A DNA stretch of 64,000 nucleotides, taken from NCBI GenBank assembly GCA_951406725.2, contig OX597831.1:5828001-5892000 (forward strand). Direction: 5' to 3'. This DNA is from Octopus vulgaris. Lineage: Eukaryota. Under the pieces are notes generated by a model that saw nothing but the letters and a program-made list of their open reading frames with translations, was not told where the DNA came from and ran no database searches. Positions 55,724 to 64,000 of this stretch are shown here, piece after piece. Both the position numbers and the translations under genes were made by a program. Positions within the stretch are counted from its first letter, which is position 1, and each line of letters begins with the position of its first letter.

Positions 55724-56057
55724 GCCCATCTGTGTTCTTTAACTTTTAAAACGGCAGTGCCCCAGCATGGCCACAGCTCGTGAGCTGAAATTAGATAAAA
55801 TATTAAAAAAATATATCAGGAAATCAATATTAGAAAATTCTTCAGAAAGATATATACGTGTGTAAAATAATTGTTGTATTAAAAATATATAAATATGCAT
55901 AAAAATATACGTAAATATGTATAAGTAAAAATATATAATGTATATGACAGTTTTGAATTAAGTATTTAAAGTATCTTACGATCGTTTCACTTCAGAATAT
56001 TCACAGCCAAATGACTGGAACCAGTAAAAGAGTGAAAAAATCGCAAAGAAGGAACTA

Positions 56058-56636
56058 CAGGGTGTCCACAAAGTCTGGGTACATGGAGTAAATAAAATGA
56101 TAACATAAACAATTAAATATAAGAAATAATAATTTTCCTTTTTTACTTTTGTTTAAATTAAATTTAAAAAATACTTTACTTTTCTAAATGCTGGTTGAGG
56201 AAAAGTTTCATCCAAACAAACAAAGTACGTGGATGTTGCATTAATTGTAATAACCTCTGAGAGGGCCGCCAGAACGATCGAAATTGTTTTACGCTTAAAA
56301 TTCTTTACAATATAAAACAGTAAATTGGGGTCCTAATCATGTTCCCACTGTGATGCCATACACCCTACAAACATCACTTAAATGAAGACGACCCTGATAG
56401 ACGAATGCAGATGTGCGAATGGTTTTCAGATAAATTGGATGAAAATATCAATTTTACTAAAATGTAGATTTATTTAAATGAGTTCATCTGAATTTTGCAA
56501 GGCGCATCAAGTTATGCATTGAAAATGATGGAAATCATGTTGAAAATACTATTTATTAACATTATAATTAAATAAAATTGTTTTGTTTTAAAAGTATGTG
56601 TTAATCCCCGCGTATCCAGACTTAGTGGACACCCTG
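56058..56636 (+). mobile_element. Internally deleted Tc1/mariner-superfamily element carrying a 162-bp insert
   Basis: TA-flanked TIRs CAGGGTGTCCACAAAGTCTGG / CCAGACTTAGTGGACACCCTG; transposase remnants EEKFHP..HLNEDDPDRRMQMCEWF and NFARRIKLCIENDGNHVE. Confidence 0.85.
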
Positions 56637-58211
56637 TATAGACAGAGACATAATTAACTAAGTTACGTTGTCCAGCAGCAGGAAACCTTGGATTATAGAA
56701 AAAGAGGTTATTTCATAGATCGTGAAGTTGATGAACATTTTTTTTTTGTGGTTGAACATTGTGCCAACGTGAGGTATATTTTGAGCTCGCGCATGTGTAT
56801 TTGTGTGTGGTTGGGTGGTTTGGCTGACTCAGGAGGAGAAAGAGCAGAGCCCAATACCATCTGCAGAGCTTCCTAAATCGATGGGGATTGAAAAATAAAG
56901 TGTACCAAATTTCACTCAAACGGTTTGAGGTCTTGGGGCATAACAGAGTATGTAATGTCTCGAGTCCTTGAACTCAAAGGGCCGGTTGCCCTTTTCCATT
57001 GCGTTTAAGGGACCGAGATGAGAAAATTGTTCCTGAAAGGGACGTCAGTCCATTGCATGGTTACTCTTTACAGCTGAGTGGACTGGAGTAATGTGAAATA
57101 AAATGTTTTGCCCAACACACAAAGCACCAGCCGGTTCAGGATTCGAAACCATGATTTTACGATCATGAGTGTAACTCTCTACCTACTTAATGAAAATGTC
57201 GAGAAGTAAAGTTGTATCTGGAACCATGGTATTGATGGAAATGGTAGTCCCCTCTCGTAGTCTGAGAAAGACGATTCTGCAATGTCTTGCTGAACAGGCT
57301 GCACAAATGATTTGCTTGTAAGGATCAAATGGGTTTGCGCTGTGCATTTGCCGGAACAGACATTGCCAGGACAGGTGCACGGTGTTCTACACGTCAGGTG
57401 TCGAAGTGAACACAGAGCAACTTGTAACGAAGTGTTTTCTTGATAAAAACAACGCACCGCCCTGACCAGGAACCGAAACCTCGATCTTGCGATGATCATG
57501 AAGGCAGCACTCTAACCACTAGGCCATGAGCTCTCTACCACGATATTGCGAAATACTTGACTGCACGGCTATACTTGCGATCATGGTTATGTAGGCATCC
57601 ATTTTGCATGTGTGTTTGAGAGAGGGGGTAGAAAGACAGAAATAAACAAACAAACAAGCAAGCAAACAAACAAAGTACGTGGGTGTTGTATTAATTGCAA
57701 TACCCTCTGAGAGGGCCGCTAGAACGATCGAAATTGTTTTACGCTTAAAATTCTTTACAATATAAAACAGTAAATTGGGGTCCTAACCATGTTCCCACTG
57801 TGATGCCATACACCCTACAAACATTTACATTAAATCGATTCTGTGAAAATTAACTAAATTATTAACAGTATATTGACTAATTTAAAACTCTACATACATC
57901 ATTTCAACAAGATTCTATAAATCCCTGTCGAGATCGAAACACTGTCAATTTTTAATGTATTGCTAATTAAGGGGAGAGACCGTGCTACATTGATTAACTT
58001 CTCTTATATCAAAGGAGATTCATTTTACTACTTTTCTTCTCAAATGAAAAAGAACGGTATTGATTGTATTACAGTAGTGTGTGTGTGTGTGTAGTGTATA
58101 TATGTGTGTGTGTGTAGTGTATATATGTGTGTGCGTGTAAATATATATGTGTGCGTTTATATATATATATGCGTGTGTGTGTGTGTGTATCTATGTGTGC
58201 AGGTATGTATG

Positions 58212-58244
<33 letters not shown>

Positions 58245-58274
58245 ATGAGTGTGTATATAGTGTATATGTGTGTG

Positions 58275-58362
<88 letters not shown>

Positions 58363-58381
58363 TAGCTATGTGTGCAGGTAT

Positions 58382-58451
<70 letters not shown>

Positions 58452-58807
58452 TCTGTGTGTGTATGCATGTGTGTGTGTGGGTGTAGGTAGGTAGGTAGGT
58501 GTATATGTATTCTGTCCTGCTTATTGTTTATGTAATCTTTTTATCACGGAGTTCAGTGAAAGACCTAACAAAAAGAGCTACGAGTTCAAATCCTTTTAGG
58601 GACGAAAATAAATAATGGCGTTGATTAGTGTTATCTTCTATAATAAACTTCATTGTTTGTGTGTGGTTATGTGTGTGTGTGTGTGTGTGCATACATATAT
58701 ACATACATACGTACATACATACATACATACATACATACATACATACATACATACATACATACATGCATACATACGTACATACATACATACATACATACAC
58801 ACACATG

Positions 58808-59000
58808 CCAATCTTGAGAAATTAGGTTTCTCAAAACCAGAAAGGAGAAAGCTGACTCGAAGACTACAGATCCAATCCATCACTAGAACAGTAAAACTCT
58901 GTAAAACGTTCCAGAAGTTTATCGTTTAAATATATATGAGCATGCAACTACAGGCATGAGAAGACATACATAAAAGAAAATATAGAAATCTGCACATATA
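58808..59000 (+). mobile_element. 3' end of the (CATA)n-associated RLE LINE
   Basis: [39 protein letters not shown], matching ~52055-52175; flanked by (CATA)n/(CATC)n. Confidence 0.85.
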
Positions 59001-59028
59001 CATGCATGCATCCATCCATCCATCCATT

Positions 59029-59059
<31 letters not shown>

Positions 59060-59159
59060 CCATACATCCATCCTTACATCCATCTATACATACATACATA
59101 CATACATACATACATACATACATACATACATACATACATACATACATACATACATACAT

Positions 59160-59934
59160 GATGACCGTCCACTCATGACCGAGGAAGACCATTGCTGACC
59201 TTCAGAAACGTTGTGCTCTCTATGACTTATATTCTGCATTTGCAGCCCCGTTGGTGGCTAAAGAGCTCTGCTCTTGACAAGCAGACACGACTGCAAACCT
59301 TGCAAACCAAGCTTTCCCCATTCACAACACACTAGCAGTGCGCTTTCGAGCAGCACGCTTAAGTTCTTCATGCAGAATACGTGCTCTTTCAAAGGTGTCG
59401 ACTCCCTCCTTAACCTACTTCCTTTATCTGTGGCGATGACAGGCATTGCTCTCCCAGTCAGTCTCCTGCATATCACAGGCCTTTAATGGGGATTTGACGC
59501 AGACCTTAAATCGAAGCCTTGGTTTCTGCCGGGGTCTCTTTCCACTAACAAGTTCTCCATATAGCATGTGTTTAAGGATCCTGCTATTCTTCATTCTAAT
59601 AAGGTGACCAGGCCAACGTAACCAGTGCTTGTGCCCCATCGGCTCAATACTCAAGATATCAACTTTCCTCTAGACCTAAGTGTCTGGAATTTTTAAGATC
59701 AGCCAATATTTAGAATGTGATGAAAGCGTTCAAGGATCTTTACATGACGTTTGTAAAGGGTCCGTGTCTCACATGAGTAAAGGAGCGATGTTAGTACACA
59801 TGCACAGTACACAGAAATTTTTGCTTGCCCTGTGATGTCATGCTGGAACCAGACACGAGACTCAAGAGACCGGAAGGAATCAGTTGCTCTCTACGGCCTG
59901 AAGGATATTTCATCCTCCAGGGAACAACAACGGC
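59160..59934 (-). mobile_element. RTE/BovB-like LINE 3' fragment
   Basis: CVLTSLLYSCET..WLRWPGHLIRMKNSRILKHMLYGELVSGKRPRQKPRLRFK. Confidence 0.8.
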
Positions 59935-60178
59935 TGAGTACTGGTGGAATGTCCACAGTGAAGACCTCAATAAAATGTATGCACAACAAACCTGATCTAA
60001 TGATTTGAGACAGAGGAGAGAAAGTGTACAGTTGTGGAAATTAGCTGCCCAGCGGATGTTAACATAAAGCTGAAGATCAGTAAAAAAGAGAATACCAACG
60101 CTGAACTATTAAGAAATATGCAGTTACTCTATTCAGACTACAAGTTCAGGTTTATACCTGTAATTTTGGGGGTCCTTG
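59935..60178 (+). mobile_element. RLE domain fragment of the 51244 LINE family
   Basis: HNKPDLMI*DR..VVEISCPADVNI..FRFIPVILGVL. Confidence 0.8.
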
Positions 60179-60429
60179 CACATCCGATTGGGCCAAACGA
60201 TCACCCATATATTTCAGCCAAATTTAATAAATATATATTACTTTAACTGTATATTATTGTAAAGTATAGAAGCCATCTTATCATGGCTAACCATATTGGG
60301 GAGGGGGTGTTACTGTAGCTTTATAGCCCCAAGAGATCTTCGTCTCTAGCTGGCTTTAGACACAATATCTGTGTCCTTGGAGTATTTGCAAAGGGAGGCC
60401 ATCCCTTCCTCGCAAGCCTGAGTGATACG

Positions 60430-60468
60430 CTCGAACTAGTTTCGGGATTGTTGTCCCTCGTCAACGGG
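60430..60468 (-). ncRNA. Minimal hammerhead-like motif
   Basis: CG-TTGACGA-GGGA-CAACAA-TCCC-GAAAC-TA-GTT-CG; palindromic stem III AACTAGTT. Confidence 0.6.
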
Positions 60469-60479
60469 CGGTAACCACC

Positions 60480-60736
60480 ATATAATGTTTGTAAACAAAC
60501 GCAGAAGGCTTTGTAAGTTACGGAGAGAAAGCTTCTATGGAAGACTCATAGTATAATAATAACAGTATAATAATAATAAATTATAATAATATATATTCTC
60601 CGATTTGAAGCGACAATTTTTTTTAACACAAACAAATGGCCGAAAAATGAAAGTTATTATTATACAATGAGTCTTCCATAGTAGCTTTCTCTCCGTTACT
60701 TACAAAGCCGTTCTGGTTTGTTTACAAATATTATAT
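60480..60736. repeat. ~84-bp inverted repeat with ~90-bp spacer (MITE-like fold-back)
   Basis: 60480-60563 versus 60653-60736, about 90% complementary by eye. Confidence 0.85.
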
Positions 60737-60745
60737 ATGTGCGTA

Positions 60746-60829
<84 letters not shown>

Positions 60830-60860
60830 TACATATATATATATATATGTGTGTGTGTAT

Positions 60861-61325
60861 AGGCGTAAGAGTGGCTGTGTGGTAAGTATATTGCTTACCA
60901 ACTACATGGTTACGAGTTCAGTCCCACTGCATGGCACCTTGGGCAAGTGTCTTCTACTATAGCTTCGGGCCGACCAAAGCCTTGTGAGTGGATTTGGTAG
61001 ACGGAAACTGAAAGAAGCCCATCGTATATATGTGTATATATATATATATATATATGTATTATGTATGTGTGTGTCTATATGTTTGTGTCTATATGTTTGT
61101 GTCTATATGTTTGTGTGGCTGTGTTTGTCCCCCCAACATCGCTTAACAACCGATGCTGGTGCGTTTACGTTCTCGTAACTTAACGGTTCGGCAAAAGAGA
61201 CCGATAGAATAAGTACTAAGCTTACAAAGAATAAGTCCTGGGGTCGATTTGCTCGACTAGAGGCGGTGCTCCAGCATGGCCACAGTCAAATGACTGAAAC
61301 AAGTAAAAGAGTAAAGAGTTAAGAG
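60861..61325 (+). mobile_element. SINE family B, full length
   Basis: Colinear with 2916-3337. Confidence 0.85.
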
Positions 61326-61448
61326 TATACATATATACTGAAGTCCATTCATTCGACTACAAATTCTTCAAGGTGATGCCCCAGCATGGCCGCAGTCTAA
61401 TGACTGAAACAAAGACAAAAGATATGATTATGATGCTCTTCCACTACT

Positions 61449-61762
61449 TATGTATGTATGCATGCATGTAAATATGTATGTATGTGTATACGTATGTATG
61501 TATGTATGTATGTATGTATGTATGTATGTATGTATGTATGTATGTATGTATGTATGTATGTGTATACGTATGTATATATGTATGTATGCATTGTATGTAT
61601 GTATGTATGTATGTATGTATGTATGTATGCATGTATGTATGTATGTATGTATGTATGTATGTATGTATGTGTATACGTATGTATGTATGTATGTTTGTAT
61701 GTATGTATGTATGTATGTATGTATGCATGTATGTATGTATGTACGTACGTATGTATGTATGC

Positions 61763-61795
<33 letters not shown>

Positions 61796-61960
61796 TGTAT
61801 GTATGAATGAATGCATGTATGTATGTATGTATGTATTATGTATGTATGTAAGTATGTATGTATGTAAGTATGTATGTATGTACGTATTGTATGTATGTAT
61901 GTATGTATGTATGTATGTGTGTACGTATGTATGTAGGCATGCATGTGTATGTGAATACGT
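61449..61960. repeat. (TATG)n microsatellite
   Basis: Direct reading. Confidence 0.95.
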
Positions 61961-63085
61961 ATGTACGTGTGGAAAGATAGAGAAATATATTTAAATGTGT
62001 ATACTGATATTTACGAAGGTATGTATACAGATCTGTATGTGTGTGTGCGTGTATATGTACATGTGCGTGGGTGTATGTGCGTGCGTGCGTGCGCGTGTGT
62101 GTATGCGTGTGTGTACGTGCACGTGCGTGCGTGCCTGCGTGTTATGTTCGAGGGCAGAACGAATGAAAAGCAACGAACGTATAAAGCAGCGTATAGAGAC
62201 TGCTGATCACTGCCTTCAATTATCATTTGATATTGAAAGACAATTTAATGGAAATGGAGGGGAAGAAGAAGAAGAAGAAAAAAAAGAAAGGAAAAACAAA
62301 CAAAACGAAAGCGAAAGCGAAAGCGAAACCAGAAACAAAATCAAAGATATTTTATCAAACAGGAAATTGGCAATTTTTGTTTAGGATGACAGTTTTTTGG
62401 CAGCAGGCAGTATCGATCTTTTGACGGCATCTAACTATACGTTGCATATTTAGTTGAATGAAGATGTGCTGACATAAAAATAAGAATGACACGATTTTAT
62501 TTACCCCGGACGGTAAGTGGAGCTAAAGGTGACGTGGTAAGCCAGAGATTTAATTGCTTTTGTGCTCTTCTAATTAGGTCGTTGTCGTTGTTATTCTTTT
62601 TGTATTCTTTCATAACCCAGATAAAACAGATTGTGGTGTTGCTGATTTTCCGAGGTTTTAATGATACATGTTCTTCAAGGCATGGAGATAGAATGATAGT
62701 ATGATTAATAAGTTCGCTTATGCGCATCTATGGTTAAGTTCTTAATTATAAACGAACTTGCTTTCTAATTTGTAATATTAGAGCATTTAATTTGGAGAGA
62801 CGAATGTCGGCAAACAACGACGGTGTAATGGAAGCACTTTAGTGTAGCAGATACAGATGTTCCGTGGTTCGAGTCTCAAATCCCACAGATAGCTTTCTAT
62901 CAGTTTTTTAATTTTTTTTCCTGTTCAAGGGGTTATTAACCTTGTGTATAATGAACTAATATTGATTGCTAGATTGGCATTCAAGATACGTTATTTATAG
63001 ATGACTTATTTACATAGTTATCGATGTCTACACTGATATATTCCGTGTGTGTGTATGTGTGTGTTTGGGTGCATGTATATATATA

Positions 63086-63123
<38 letters not shown>

Positions 63124-63143
63124 CATGTTTGGAAATATATGTG

Positions 63144-63208
<65 letters not shown>

Positions 63209-63310
63209 GTATGTATGTGTGTGTATGTTTATATAATTAAGTGGGTGCCTGTGTTTGTATGAGTGTCGGTGCATGTGTGTGTGTGTGTGCATGTATATAT
63301 ATATGTATGC

Positions 63311-63370
<60 letters not shown>

Positions 63371-63703
63371 CTGCACCTGTTGTATACGCCAATAAACTAA
63401 GGACACTCTGAAAGTAAGCGGATGGCGTATGCTTTATTAGAATGATACAAATGAATAAACAGACAAACAGACAGACAAAGAGGTAGGCAGACAGACAGAC
63501 AAAGAGGCAGGCAGACAGACAGCTACATACATGGTGACTGTGAACTTGCAGACGAGTATGATCATCACTGAGAAATTATTTTATCCTGCATATTAAAGAC
63601 AACAGCTGTCAGCAATGCTCGAGCAGAAATTCAAAGTCAATAACAGCTTGCAAACCACTGCTACGACTCTCACCTGCAGAGCCGAGTTGTCTAGAAACGA
63701 GAA

Positions 63704-64000
63704 GGTGGCGGCGCAATGGCCCAGTGGTTAGGGCAGCGGACTCGCGGTCATAGGATCGCGGTTTCGATTCCCAGACCGGGCGTTGTGAGTGTTTATTGAG
63801 CGAAAACACCTATAAAAGCTCCACGAGGCTCCGGCAGGAGATGGTGGTGATCCCTGCTGTACTCTTTCACCACAACTTTCTCTCACTCTTACTTCCTGTT
63901 TCTCTTGTACCTGTATTTCAAAGGGCCGGCCTTGTCACTCTCTGTGTCACGCTGAATATCCCCGAGAACTACGTTAAGGGTACACGTGTCTGTGGAGTGC
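63704..64000 (+). mobile_element. SINE family A, cut by the window end
   Basis: Nearly identical to 5141-5433. Confidence 0.9.

Noticed and set aside
62380-62800. TAAT-rich possible enhancer
   Set aside because: Expected by chance at this AT content; cannot be supported without conservation data.

Overview
AT-rich, extremely microsatellite-rich eukaryotic DNA. Its SINE repertoire resembles what I recall of octopus (coleoid cephalopod) genomes; this is an inference, not a database result. The only convincing protein-coding gene is an LRRC51 homologue with an uninterrupted CDS (17966-18652, +). There is also a probably defective tRNA-His(GUG) copy (55652-55723). The rest is mostly mobile-element debris: several tRNA-derived SINE families (here called A-E), R4/Dong-like RLE LINE fragments, RTE LINE fragments, Tc1/mariner, hAT and Helitron derivatives, Penelope-like (PLE) GIY-YIG remnants and a 100-N gap. 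Nearly all ORFs in the supplied track are translated microsatellites. The most interesting signals are: (1) over a dozen minimal type-I hammerhead-ribozyme-like motifs in at least 8 sequence families, sitting in short microsatellite-embedded elements, two families associated with near-perfect palindromes; (2) repeated local templated rearrangements (inverted duplications, an internal inversion, a 162-bp copy of nearby DNA inside a transposon); (3) SINE multimers with a fixed junction, inserted as single TSD-flanked units; (4) RLE LINE families associated with different microsatellites, (TAA)n versus (TACA)n. Boundaries of degenerate repeats are approximate.
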